A stretch of DNA of 58,511 nt, filler included, from Circinaria calcarea (Eukaryota), in assembly GCA_051942165.1 (NCBI GenBank). It is 4 parts of 4 records of this genome, joined end to end, with 100 filler letters (N's around TTAATTAATTAA, not from the genome) between each part and the next. Parts side by side here need not be neighbours in the genome. Positions count along the whole stretch, not along the records: positions 29,318 to 43,865 come from JAVECS010000419.1; positions 43,966 to 58,511 come from JAVECS010000420.1; 2 more parts are not named here. One strand, written 5' to 3'. This document shows positions 38,925 to 52,000 of this stretch, piece after piece. The first letter of the stretch is position 1. The number at the start of each line of letters is the position of its first letter. The position numbers and the translations under genes are program-made. The notes below the pieces were generated by a model. It saw only the letters and a program-made list of their open reading frames with translations. It ran no database searches and had not been told where the DNA came from.

Positions 38925-39345
38925 ATTGCCCTCTCATCAAGGTAGGCTATGGTTGTTCAGCTTCTCGGCTTACTATGCGATGGAGGAAGGATGATGTATT
39001 GGTACATCTTAGGAAGGTACGGACGCATGAAAAAGAGCGAAGCGAAGTTTTGCATGATTTGCACTCCTTCCCAACGCTCAAAATGCCAAGGAGCATAGCT
39101 AAACCTTAGATTACTGAATCTACAAGAACACACGATTCTATATGCGTGATATATTCTGTAATTGTATTAGATAAATCAATGGCTGAATTCTTTTGGCCTG
39201 AACGCAGCATACGACCTCATATATCTTGACTCATATCTAACTGGTGCAGTGCGCCTCAGGCCTGCATTCAAGGGATTTTTGCTTTGCATTTATAAAACCA
39301 AGCGGACTTTTGACTATTTTGCATTTCTACAGTCTTGACCTTCCA

Positions 39346-40761
39346 ATGGCGGATCCATTGTATGAACTCTTAGCTCCGTACTTCAAAGATAACCCCACTC
39401 AGAGTCCTCCTCAGCCCAATGACCCTACGACTGCAAAGTATCTCGGCCGGCTCTCAACGTTGCAACTGGGATCATTGGAGATAACAGAACCTCTATCCTT
39501 GGCACAGGCATCTCATTCAGCGTTGCTATCATTGCAGTCTCTTTCGACAAGATCAAGTAAAGCCGTAATAGCATCCGCGGACCATCTTACTAGTTTACGG
39601 ATTGCTTTACCGGCAATAGCGAAAGATGCAGGAGAGCTACGAGATGCAATCTCGACACTCGATAGGCAAGCTATCAGTTTCTCGGAGAAGTACAGCAGAA
39701 ATGGAGAAAATGAGGTCCTCGACCGTCGAAAGAAAGCATTGCTAATGTCTAGAAATGTTGATCGACTTACTGATATCATGGATCTTCCGACGCTTCTATC
39801 TTCTACTGTATCATCGTCGTCCGCCCATAGCGCCACGAGTACCACAAGCTATGCAACCGCCTTAGATCTTCACTCCCATATGAAACGACTACAGATTCTT
39901 TATCAAGATTCCGAGCTTGTCAAATCGGTTGGCGCTCAAGCAGAGGAAGTTATGCAAGAAATGACGTCCAATTTAATCTTGAGCTTGCGAGCACAGAGTG
40001 TAAAGCTCGCAGTAGGTATGAGGACGGTAGGCTGGCTTCGAAGAATCATGCCGGAATTGGGAGAGGGGTCACGGCAGAATGGGACCAAGAGCGGGGAGGG
40101 AAGTCTGGGGGCACTTTTCCTCGTTTGCCGTCTAGCGAACCTCGTTTCGATGCTGGAAGCACTGAACCCTTTAAAGGAGCTGGCAGATCAGGAGTCGGAA
40201 CGAAGGCAAGCAAATAGAGGCCATGTGGGCAACGGCAATGCTTGGTCTGGAGGTCAGCAAACAGAAAGATATCTGAAACGATATGTTGAGATATTCCGAG
40301 AGCAGAGCTTCGCGATCATCTCCATGTTCAAGAGCATATTTCCTGCGGCAGATGCTGGTAACGATGATGATCTTGGGCTACAGTTCAAGTCTCTAGGTCT
40401 TAAGAGTGCACCTCTGGAAAGAGTAAAGGCTGAAGAGGATCCCTTGCAGCCACTGCCATCCTCTTTATCGGCATTCACCATCCATCTAGCGGATTTACTT
40501 ACAGACACGTTGAAACAATACTTACCGAATGTACGAGACAAATCGTCCAGGGAAAGCTTACTCACACAAGTCTTGTATTGTGCCGGTAGCTTAGGCAGAC
40601 TCGGCGGAGATTTCGGAATGGTCTTGGCTTTCCTAGATGACGACGAGAGTGATGATGATGAGAAAGAAGAATGGGTGGGCATAATGAAAAAACATCGAAT
40701 GTTGGCAGGGCGTCTTGAGCTTCTTGCTAGCGGTGTCGGTACCCAAGGGAAAGGGGTTTAG
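39346..40761 (+). CDS. COG8: Conserved oligomeric Golgi complex subunit 8 (Dor1 family)
   Basis: Single exon from MADPLYELL, with DIMDLPTLL, RTVGWLRR, YLKRYVEIFRE and LLTQVLYCAGSLGRLGGDF. Confidence 0.9.
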   Translation: MADPLYELLAPYFKDNPTQSPPQPNDPTTAKYLGRLSTLQLGSLEITEPLSLAQASHSALLSLQSLSTRSSKAVIASADHLTSLRIALPAIAKDAGELRDAISTLDRQAISFSEKYSRNGENEVLDRRKKALLMSRNVDRLTDIMDLPTLLSSTVSSSSAHSATSTTSYATALDLHSHMKRLQILYQDSELVKSVGAQAEEVMQEMTSNLILSLRAQSVKLAVGMRTVGWLRRIMPELGEGSRQNGTKSGEGSLGALFLVCRLANLVSMLEALNPLKELADQESERRQANRGHVGNGNAWSGGQQTERYLKRYVEIFREQSFAIISMFKSIFPAADAGNDDDLGLQFKSLGLKSAPLERVKAEEDPLQPLPSSLSAFTIHLADLLTDTLKQYLPNVRDKSSRESLLTQVLYCAGSLGRLGGDFGMVLAFLDDDESDDDEKEEWVGIMKKHRMLAGRLELLASGVGTQGKGV

Positions 40762-42366
40762 ACTCTGACGCAACGCCTGCCCGATCGGCAAGCATTGAGG
40801 ATTTAGCGCCTTCTTTCTAAGATACATGTGCCTGGTATCTGCACCAATCCAAGAGGTGTGCCATGGACTTCTAGAAGGCGTCTGGAATGCATTGTCATGC
40901 AGTGTATCTTGCTGATGTACGCTCTCCAAGTATTTTCAATGGACATTGTCATTAACAAGGAACAATCTGTTAGCGGGCCCAGGCACTGCTACTCCAAGGC
41001 AAAGGATGAGAAGGAAACGACCGCCTTCATATGTTTCAAAGTCAGCAACGATTTTACCATTACCAGTGAACTATTCCCTAAGTATCATACAGGCTTCACT
41101 GAGAGGTACATAAGTCGGTTTTGATATGCCTTATTCCTCTACCATGGAATAAATTGAGGATAACAGTTTTAGATTTTTTCTCAAGCATCACAAGAACTAT
41201 GAACATATCTAAATAAGTGTCTACTCTCCCTCAAGAGGGTAGCAGCCTTTTCCAACCTCCTATACGCTATTAGCCGAGTCTGAGGTGACGGTTGACGGCT
41301 CGTCATAATCAAGGGGCGACAATGGGATCCTGCCGATCACTCCACATCATAGCGGTACTGAGAAGTTTACTATTCCTCGCCCAGTAGGAACTTAGCACGT
41401 GACATGGCACTCCCAGGTGTCCTGCCATAGGCGGGTTAATGACAAGGAGCGAAACCGGTCCAATTCATCTGTGAACAAGACGTAAGGAGGCGGCAAGGTC
41501 GTATAGATCACGGACCGTGTGCGAGGATACCCTCAATCCGTTTTCGTTATGGCCACCCTCTCGCAGCTTCAAAGACAGAATGTTGACAAATATAAACCGT
41601 CAGATCCATTCCCGGTGACTTAGAATAGAGGATAACAGAAGCAATGAGTTAGTGCAAGCTCGAAGGTAGTCCAAATTATAGGCACTGTGCGCATTTGATA
41701 GTGGTTGTGCAAGAAACTACCTTATCGAGGAGTCCAATGAAGCTCTTGTGGTCTCCATGTGCGTTCTGGCCAAAGAAGCCCCTGAACATCGCTTGGTGCC
41801 GGCAGCTTCCTATGAAGTGGCCCAGTTCCCCTGATAAGGTCAAACTTGGAAGACGCCGCTACAGGGACGAGGCTCATGACTGCCATGTTACAGTTCGCTT
41901 ATGCCGGTCGTTGGTTGGTTGGAATTTCACCGGGGGGTTTTAGAGTGTGATCTGCACGGGGCGTGCCGCTTCTGTGATGCCGCTAATGCATGATTCCTAC
42001 TGGTATGCAGGACATGGTGTTGCGAACGTTGAACGGTCTAGTAGATTTAGAGCAGCTTCTAAGAGCTTGGACGTCGGGAAGAGAGGAAGAGAGGAAGGTG
42101 GAAATAAGATTACGGCTCCCTTCAGGACCATGGCCTGCGCGACCAATGACGACGTTGTCAAGGAACATGTGGGGAGACAGGGAGCACATCTGGGGAAGAT
42201 TAAACGGTTGGGAACTGATGCCATTTGAAGGGGTATATAAAGAACATGATAGACGGCCTATTATTCTGGAGAAGACGTCCACCAATTCCAACGACTTTCC
42301 GGGGAAGAAAAGTCAACAGCCAGACTGGGTTCTTGCCTTTACACAATCCGGTCCACCTATTCCACC

Positions 42367-43505
42367 ATGTATCTCCTCTCAAAGCTCTTTTTGGCTCTCG
42401 CCGCTGGCTCTACTCTTGCAGCCGCTGTGCCCTATGAACTTGTCAAAAGGGCCGACCTGAGGGCTTTTGATGTCTCTCGAGCTCAATCACCATACCGAAG
42501 TGACTTTTGGGTTTGTGCGCGCAATGCCGGCTATAGCAAAGCAGTCATTCGAGCTTACCAGCAGGCATGCGGTTCCGTAAGTTAACCTCCTTCGTCGAGA
42601 TTTCTAAACTTACACCTTCCACCAGGGCGGTCAAGTCGATCCTAACTTCGTCCCGGCCTACAAAGCAGCTAAGGCGGCTGGGTTTGCACACGTGGATGGC
42701 TACATGTTTCCATGTAAGGATCTACCCTCTTTCTATCCGTCCATCATCAACGCTCCGTCATCAGACCTATCCTCGCTCCCTCTATTCCCAATCCCACCCA
42801 CCAACCTATAAAAAAAGCATTACCTTTCCTTTCCCTTCTGCCTCACATCCAACTTCCTCACTAACTCAAACCCTCTGTCCTAGGCACGGGCACTCAATCT
42901 CAACGCGCCTGCAAAACCCCGCAAACCCAAATCAACGAGCTCCTGGCAGTCATCAAGGCTAACAACGTCATTGTCGACTACCTCTGGTTCGACATCGAAC
43001 CGACTTCTGGCGTGTGCAATGCTTGGAACCTTGGCGGTACTGCAAATCTTAACCTCGCGAAGCAGTGGATCGCGGCGCTGAGAGCCACGGGTCTGAAGTG
43101 GGGAATCTATGCTAATGGGTATCCGTTCCCAATCCCCCCCATCCCTATTCCACATCTCATCCTAGAAACCACCCAACTAATTCAGCTCCCCTTGGTTTTG
43201 GGACATAGGAATCAATGGACCGCCATGTTCCCGTCCCGATCCACAGACATAGCATCCGATTTGCCTCTCTGGGCCGTGCAGTTCGACCGGCGGCCTGGCG
43301 TGTCGACTGTCACCACGTTCATGGGTGGCTGGACCAGGGCCTTTGCCAAGCAATACTGGCTCGGTGAGTTATTCCGCATGGGGGATTTTTAACCCGGGTT
43401 TAAAGGGGGATGACTTGCTAATGAGGGGATCCGGGGGGGGGCCTTGTAGATACCACGACGCCGGAATGCAGCGGAAGTGTGGATCTGGATTCGTTTCTGG
43501 CGTAA
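42367..43505 (+). CDS. Secreted GH25 lysozyme, Lys1/protist-type
   Basis: Signal peptide and KR site, then AFDVS, AVIRAY, GQVDPNF, VDGYMFPC, LWFDIE, LPLW, MGGW and KQY. Five exons: 42367-42576, 42626-42713, 42884-43118, 43209-43363 and 43450-43505. Confidence 0.85.
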
Positions 43506-43865
43506 ATCGACAAAAATCACACCAAAGCAAACCGAGAGTGAAGATGTGGGTTGAGGGGAATAGGTAAATGAGGAGTGAGAGCGAGAGCGAGTTTTGACAA
43601 GTTCATAGGGGAAAGGGAAAGGGAGTGGAGAAGGGAGAATATATCAATAGTTGTAGTGAAAATTATCAGAGGAAAAATTCGAAAAATTTTCCGGAAGTCT
43701 CTGTCTGGTCCGTAGGGTAGGGATATAATATGTCCACGAAGGGTTTTTGTTTTGATTTTTTGATTTTTTTTATGTTGGAGTTGATATCGAGCTGGATATT
43801 CCCTCTTCCCATCTTTCCCCATCCCATCTTTCCCCTCCTAATCTCCCTCCCCCCCCCTCTAGGAT

Positions 43866-43965
43866 NNNNNNNNNNNNNNNNNNNNNNNNNNNNNNNNNNN
43901 NNNNNNNNNTTAATTAATTAANNNNNNNNNNNNNNNNNNNNNNNNNNNNNNNNNNNNNNNNNNNN
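43866..43965. other. Artificial contig linker
   Basis: N44-TTAATTAATTAA-N44. Confidence 0.98.
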
Positions 43966-44528
43966 CGCCCCATCCCCGGTCCAGGCTTATCCATCTCAAA
44001 TCCAAATTTGCAAGGTGCTACACCGAATATGATAGGAGGGCAGAGAAGCGATGGAAGGAGTGGTGCACTGGGGGTCCGGTCAACCCCATGGCCATCTCCT
44101 TATCAGACTCATATAGAGCAACTCGGCAAGCTGACCCGCTCCCTCCTTCCCCTTTTCATTTGAATAGAGCTATGTTCGTCCTAGACTTAAAATCTTCTAT
44201 AGAACAGGAATATATCAACACGCATGCGGACATGGTCGACGACCAAGACCCCAGTGACCACTCGGCGGGTCCAGGTCCCTACCCTCAAACCTTTCACGAG
44301 CAACCCTTCCCTCCCGGGCAACGCTCTCAGACGAGCAGCCACGAACAGTCGATGATGCAAACCCCGACAATGCTCCAACCCGGGGACCCTAGGGCGCAGA
44401 TGTTTGGTACTGTGAACCAGATGTTTGACCCATTTGATCCCATGCTCGATGCCGATCCTTTCGGCCTCACAGCAAGTATGCAGTTTCCGACTCAATTCTC
44501 ATTCCAAGAAAGTGCTATGAGAAAATGA
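43966..44528 (+). CDS. C-terminal part of a conserved fungal protein, probably a transcription factor (5'-partial)
   Basis: Frame open from the contig start, intron at about 44079-44167, and an activation-domain-like tail FDPFDPMLDADPFGLTASMQFPTQFSF. Confidence 0.5.
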
Positions 44529-45122
44529 GTTATCTTTCAAAGGATCAAGGGCTATCCCTGGGATGGCAAGGTGTAAGAATAGGAGAGATTTACTTGGCGT
44601 TAAAATGGATGGAGGACTACTCTAGGCTTTGACCATGTTATCCTGACTGGCTGAGAAGTGTTTAGGAAAATGGCGTTGGGGGGCATCTGTGGCGTGATAC
44701 CCTACAAAACTTGCTGGCAAGCTTAAGTTGTATTGGTACCGAAAATATCTCTCAGCGTCGAGTGTATGCTATAATTGGCCAGAGGTAGTATTATCACTAC
44801 TGAATAACAAGTTATAGCAAACTTGATCTTAGCCATGCTTTTGAGGTGAATAGCCAACCAGTAGTAGCTGTTTAATAAATTACACTCTGTAGTTGTCGGG
44901 AATTCACGTCTTTGCGGTCCAAGGCGTTTCGCTTCGCTAAAATGAGAATTCCGCACACACTCGACTTGCCGTCGATCCACATATCCTTTCGGACTGCGAT
45001 TATCAGAAAGAGAGACAAGGTCCTGCAAAAGGGTCTCGTCACTCTTGTTACTATCATTAGTACCACATAGTGTTGCGAGCTCAAGGTAAGCCTTCATAGG
45101 AAGGCAGAGGGAGTCGGACGTC

Positions 45123-46565
45123 ATGGTGGACGTCAAATCAAAGGTGAGTGCAATACACTGCACCATTCCTTTCCGTACATCTCTCCACGGTATACATTTG
45201 AAAGGATTTCCGATAGCCAGCTGCTAACAGTCATGTCATAGAACCTTTACGAGCTCCTCGGTATGCTTTGAGGGTTAAAACTCGACTATGCTCCTCTACT
45301 GATTGAGAATTGACAGGTAATGATCACGATGAGGACTCGGACAAGGAGCCTGAGCCACCGGTCAAAGTAGCTGATAAGCCGATACCGCGAAGCTCGAAGC
45401 GCAATAATCCTGATGTCGCACCAGGCGGTGGGCATGAAAGAGGAGCTGTAGGGGATAGGGGTGGGCGTGGTGGAAGACGTGGGGGGTTTACCGGAAGTGA
45501 GGATGGTATGTATCCACAATACAAGACGTTTGGAAGCGTATTCATCAGTTGCTTCGGAGCCATTGCTAACCGATACTTTATACAGCTTTTCGCGATCGCG
45601 CAGCCGGTAACATAACCAACCGGGGGAAGCCTATAGACGATGGCCTCCGTGAAGACCGTCATTCAGACCGCATCGGAGGCGGGCGTATTCAAGGTACTTA
45701 TGACGGTCGCGGTGGACGTGGTGGACGTGGTGGCCGAGGCAATCGTGGCAATCGCGACGACAGGCATACGCGTGGCTTACCACAGTAAGAAGGTTTACGT
45801 AGCTACGTGATTTAGTCACTAAATTCATTCTCTAGTGAACATGTCAAACAGGCAGATCAGTCTTGGGGAGCACCAACTGGCGGTGCTGAATGGGAGGATG
45901 AAAGAGCCGGCGAGGAAATTGCCAAAATTGAGGAAAAGGATGGATTTGACGCGACAGTTGATGCTCCTGTTGATGCAGAAGGAAACCATCCCGAAAGCCT
46001 TGCTGCTGATGCAGATGGGGCTACTGCTGCCGCTGCTCCGCAACCTGCTGCGGAACCGGAGCCAGAAGATAACAGCAAGTCCTACGCGGATTACCTTGCT
46101 GAACAGGCGGAGAAGAAGCTGAGGCTTGGTACCGGTGTCCCTGAGGCCAGAAAGCCAAACGAAGGCAGCAAGCCGGATAAGAAATGGGCACAAGCTAAGC
46201 CATTGAGTAAAGACGAGGCCGAGGAAGATTACTTTGTCGGGAAAGGTGAAAAGGCCAAGCGCGAGAGGCAGCGCAAGGAAAAGACGACGCTCGATGTCGA
46301 TATGCGTTACGTTGAACCCAGCGGAGGGAGAGGTGGTGGCGACCGTGGACGAGGTGGCCGAGGCAGAGGCGAGGGCAGAGGCGAGGGTAGAGGAGATTTC
46401 AGAGGTGGCGACCGAGGTCGTGGTGGCCGAGGTCGTGGTGACGGGCACCGTGGCAGAGGCGAAGGCGACTTTCGAGGCGGCTACCGTGGAGGACGCGGCG
46501 GACGTGACACCAGCTCGGTCAACGTCTCCGACACCAGCGCCTTCCCCAGTCTCGGCGGACAATAG
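45123..46565 (+). CDS. STM1: Stm1-like ribosome-associated RGG protein
   Basis: Spliced N-terminus MVDVKSK/NLYELLG/ND (Stm1_N), QSWGAPTG, KSYADYLAE, RGG tracts and C-terminal SAFPSLG. Four introns. Confidence 0.85.
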
Positions 46566-49027
46566 CATAGTCCGGGTAGCGCTGACTGTCTTTGGGTGGC
46601 AATCGCCCGCCCCCATATCTTGCTAACTACTGTTTCTTGCATTCCGAGTGGCTTGTGAGGGTTTTAATTTCCAGACGTGCAAGATTGATGTCCAAAAGCA
46701 TGTAGAATAGACTGGCTGCTGCACGGCCAGTACGCATACCACAAAAGCATGATCGTTGCTCTATTTTACTCTCTAGTACCGATACATACTATCTGTGATT
46801 GCACATCCATCCTAAAGACCCAGTGAAGTATTTATCCACAATATCACAGTTTTGGGCCATCACACACGTTTTTTGATTTTCGTCGTCCTTTGGAATACTC
46901 TTCTCGCCCGTGTCACGTGCATTTTTCCCTACTCGGAGTACGGAGTAACTATTTTGCCATTACTCACTACTCCGGCCTACGGAGTACACAAGTTTCCTTT
47001 CCTTTTTGGTTTCCCCAACGGCTACAACTGCTTACTGTGCACTATTATCCCGTGTATGTAACAATTGGATGTCCTCGACGTTTTTTTTTTTCTGATTCTT
47101 CTCTTTTTGGGGACAATGACGCTATGCCCTTTTGAATCATTTAGAGTGGCGTATGGGCACGAGACCTTTTCCCCATGCCCGGGCCCTAGTCTTTTCCCCG
47201 CAATCCCATTTTTGCCATTTTTGAGTTTTTCACACCGCTTTCTCTTCTCTCAATCTTACTCCGTAGGGAGATTAGAGTTTTGTGGGGGATGGCACGTGGA
47301 TACCGGCATACTCCGTATGCGCTGATCGGATTCGGAATCGGAATGGGTTGAGCAATGCCAGAACTGTCTACCTTGGAGTTGTCGAGATCGGGGATGGTGC
47401 TTCTCAGAGACTGGGATGGTTTTTCAGTCGCGGCAAAGCGCATGGAGTAGTGGCCCTCAACGTGGATATCCATGTTCTTTTCAGCTGAGTTGGATTCTTT
47501 ACTATTGTGGAGAGCCTTTTGTGGTGCCGAACAGGTTTGATCTTATACAGGAAGGAGGAGCAGGGGATTGGTGGTTTGAAATGACCTTTTGTGTTGAGCA
47601 CACGTACGACAACAGCATCTCTCTTGTTTGCTTGCTGAGTGGTAGGCTGGTCTTGGAATTCGGACAGTAGAGCTATCTCCAGTATGTGGATTCATACACC
47701 AAAGGATTGTCTGCTTGCTGTTTCAGCCTCCGCCAATGCCTTCCCCAATGTCCCGGAAGCAATTCCCCCAATTCCCTTCTCCGGATACGAGCTAACATTA
47801 TTCATCTACCTTGTAAGGATGACTTCTATTTCCATTGCCTTACCGATGCTCAAGTTTTTATTACATGGCCGCAACAAGATAACAGCCTTACTGTCACTGA
47901 ACCGCGCTTGATTGCTGCATACCCAGTAAGATATGGTGGCTTTCGTGCCCGTGACTTTTGCGCCAGAATGGCATGAACGGATCTCTTTGCACCGGCCTTA
48001 GCAAAGATACCGCGGAGAGCTTTTTGCGACAAGCGTATGAGAGTGACGAGGCACTCTGAGAAGATTCATGTATGGGAGAATTCCCAGTTTCAGTCCCGAC
48101 TCTTCTGCTACGAATACGGCCACTACCTGAGGCGCTGTGAAGATCATTCTCAGCTTCACCGAACGGCCTTCACTTTTCAATTTCAGGATTAAAGGTGCAT
48201 TTCAGCTCATGACTCCGGGTACAAGGTTGCCGCCTTGGTAGATGCATGGCTGGCTATAAACACCCTTTGCGGATGGGAATTCGTTCTTCATCATTGTGCT
48301 GGAGCCACAGCTATGTTGATCATAAACACAATTCTTCAATCCCGGCCTTGAGAGTATCTATGCTATGCAGTGGTTAATCATCCCCATCCAGCTCATTCCA
48401 ATGCTCCTATTCTCAATCCCGTGTCCCAGGGATTTATTAACAAGAAACGGACCATGGCACTTCCTTGATCTCTTTATTCTATACCAATAGAGTCATTGTA
48501 GGTGTATGGCTTCTCCTTCCGTATTATGCAAGAGACTTGGGCCGCAGCTCTCTTAATCTACCCATATCTCATTCAAGGGCAAGAATGAAGCAGTTGAACT
48601 GGTCATTGGGCGTGTTGGCGGAGGACCGAAAGAGGCAGCTGCCATGAGAGGACGATGGACGTCCTCAATGGCCAAAATGTATCACCTTGAGCTTAGACCC
48701 CGTCACTTTGAAATCTCTCTCCTCGTTTCGAGTTTCCCCCCCGTGACAAGGGGACCAATGGCGCTAGTGCAGTAAGTGAATCGATAGAAATGGAGATGAC
48801 AATACCCTCAATAGCCTCGTCCACCCCCGAAAGGGCCAAATCGCCAACCTCCTCGTCGGGTCACCTCTTTCCGTCTATCGCATTTACTCAACTTTTATTC
48901 AAACCGCCATCTACACCGTTGACATACTTGTTCCATCTTGACACGCTCCTCAACTCCATCTACAGCTTTACCATCTCGCAACCTGTAAACTTTTTCTCAT
49001 CTTACTCTGTCGGTTGAGCACTTTGAC

Positions 49028-52000
49028 ATGTTGGTGTCAGATAATGTGGTAGCTGCATCGTCCGCCCAGGTCATCCTGCCAACTCCACTTCTTGCTCCTC
49101 CCCTTTCACCTCTTGACGTCAGCATCAGGTGGTACAAAGCCATCGAATCCTACTGTACCTTCGACTTCGATGCATCCTTGAGCCGACACAAGCGCATTCT
49201 TCGCAAACTCGTCTCTTCCTCTCGTGCGAACCCCTCAAGCGCCGAATCGGCTTCGGAAACCGCAGCGGAGAACCGCGTCACCCGAGCAAAGCTTTGGTTC
49301 AACATCGGTATCACCTTCTGCTTCGTAGGTGAATACTACCTCGCCACTGAAGCGCTAAGGAAGTGTACGGAGATCGACAAGGACTTGGTCGTCGGCTGGT
49401 ACGCCTTGGGCATTGCCATGTTCCAGATGAGAAAGTATCGGTCTTCAGGACAGGCGTTTGTGCGGTGTATGAACACCATGGATGGTCTGGGCATTGACCG
49501 GGTGGAAGTCGATTGTTTCCAGATGTGTGACGAGGTCGACCACAGAACGGATGACCTCTCTTCCGAAGACTCTGCATCGTTTAAGCTGAACAAGGACAAA
49601 TGGACATTGGGCCGATTGAGGGTTGCGTGGAATGCGCGACAGGCGTTTTTCGAAAAGTCTCATAAGGCAAAGAAAGCTTTCTTGCCAGGTAAAGGGAAGT
49701 GGAGCATTAACGGTGTTCCTGTTGGCGTGCTCTTCGGACCCGAGGATGTGCCAGTTCATTCTCATGAGATGGCTGAGAAGTTGGCAGACGCGAAGATGCT
49801 GCGTCTTGACTCGGGGCTAGTGGCAATCGAAGGTATAGGGGTACACGAAGTAGAGTCCGGACTCATGCGGACCAAGAGCCTCCGTCAGATGACTGTTGAT
49901 GAATTGAAAACGTATGAGGTTCACGATATGAAACGGACCTTGAGTACAGGTTCTGATAGGAAGACCAAACCTTTGCCACCTCTTCCACCGCCTACTCCAC
50001 TCAACAGTACTCTCTTTGACAGTGCTTCGCACATTAACGTACCTGGCCACAGAGCTTTACCGGCCAACGCTCCAGTCAGCGATGCTGCACTTACTAACAC
50101 ACAATTCATTAATGCTTTGCACACCAACGCTTTGTTGACCAGCGTTCCTGTTACCGGCAATCATCTTCTTAACGCCCCACTCACCAACACTGCACTTACC
50201 GATTCTGGACCTGTTAAAGCTCAATTTGCAAACACTGCACCGACAAGTACTCCACCTACCAGTACTCGACTTACCGATCTTGAAAAGTCCGAGATTCGCA
50301 AAATGAATCTCAAGATGCTCAAAGAGAATATGTTGAGACGTACTACGGCAAAAGCAGATGCCGCAAAAGCAGATGCCGCAAAAGCAGATGCACCATCTAC
50401 TACTCAGCCTGGGTTGCAGCCAGTTTTGCGTACCGCCGCGAATCCTTCACCACCAGTGTCAGGATCTGTGAACCTACCAAGTGCAGACTATCTTAGCAAT
50501 CGTCAAGCTCTTCCACCACACATTTTACCGTTTACCGCAGGCATCTCAGCTTATCCAGCAAACCGTGTCGCTACTCTAGCGCTGTCAGAGAATGTGAATC
50601 TGTCACTGGAAACTGATAAAGACATCATGATACGTAAAGCAGTTGCTGCAGGAACAGCTGTTAACCAACCTGGAAGACCTCCTCCTTTTGCTACCGACAC
50701 GAGTCATAAGTTACCACAGCCAAATACGGTGAACCCGATGTACACAGGCAATCCATCCAACAGTCCAGCTCAGTTACCAAGAATCTCACCTTATACCACA
50801 AACATGGGGACCAATCAAGCAAACCGTGCAGCAGCTCCTTTACCACTGGCAACGTTTGTGAATTCGACGTTCCACGGCAATCAGCCAAACCGTTCAGCAT
50901 TTACAAATAAATCTACTGCCAATCCTTCTCCCCTACGTTCTAGTTTTATTCCAAGTCCTCCGTCATACGCCACTGTACCCCTTTCGTCAAACGAAACCAT
51001 TACTCCTGCAATTCAGAATTCCCGCGCCATGACCGATGTTGTCGATCCGCCTCTTCCACCACCGGAGGACCCTGCCTGGCTACCAGGTAAATGGCAGAAG
51101 CGTACCACTAGCACCCCAGTGGTCACGCAGAGTGACTGGCAGAAACGAAGACTTGATGGACGTGAAGTCATTACAGAGAATCCTGAGAATGCTGTAGAGT
51201 TGTGGTTTATACCTGATATCGAGGAGATTGAGAGTAGGGATCGGCAGATGGCTGAGATGGGAAGCTTTGATGGGTTTATTGAGTCCTACTTGGATACTAA
51301 CGCCCGATATGACGAAAACGCAGAATACGACGAAAATGATACCACTCCTCGCGCCTCTGTTCTCCGTCCTCGTGGCGTCTTGGAAGACGAGGATCACGAG
51401 GATCACAAACGCAACCAAGCGGCCGCTCTTCGTCGTTTGGAAGGTCTCCCAGATCTTCCCACCACTCCGGATACCCCACCCAAGGCCACCACGTTTCCTC
51501 CTAGGAGAGACAGTATCCCGCTCCACCTTCGACAGCCGCAGAGCATGCAACAGCATCGGCAGAGCCCCTTGGGATTCCATGGTCTTCCAATCCTCTTGCC
51601 TCCCGGGTACAATCCTGATCCTAATTTGGTCGTGACTCCTGGGGAATTGTTTTTCTTCGAACAAGTCGAATTGATGGAGCGAGAAAAAGCGGAGCGGGAA
51701 AAAGCGCAGAGGGAAGCTCTCGCTAAGGCAGCGCATAAGTCGACATATGAAGACTCGGTTGATGGAGCAGACGACGAATCGGTCCTTCAGTATGAATCTG
51801 ATCCCGAGGAGGACATCAAGTATGAATCTCGCCACTCTAGGTTCTTTCAGGGTTCCCCGCCCCGTCCTACTCTTTTCACCGGACCGTCCACTCGGGCTCA
51901 GGCTCAATTTATCCCTTCTCCACCCAGACGTGCGCCCGTTCCTACCGCTCGCCAGCGCCTTGAGGATGAGGCGGATTCTGAGAGGGCAGCTCGTACGGCG

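Noticed and set aside
50349..50392. 15-nt x3 repeat encoding AKADA
   Set aside because: Ordinary in-frame slippage repeat in a disordered region.
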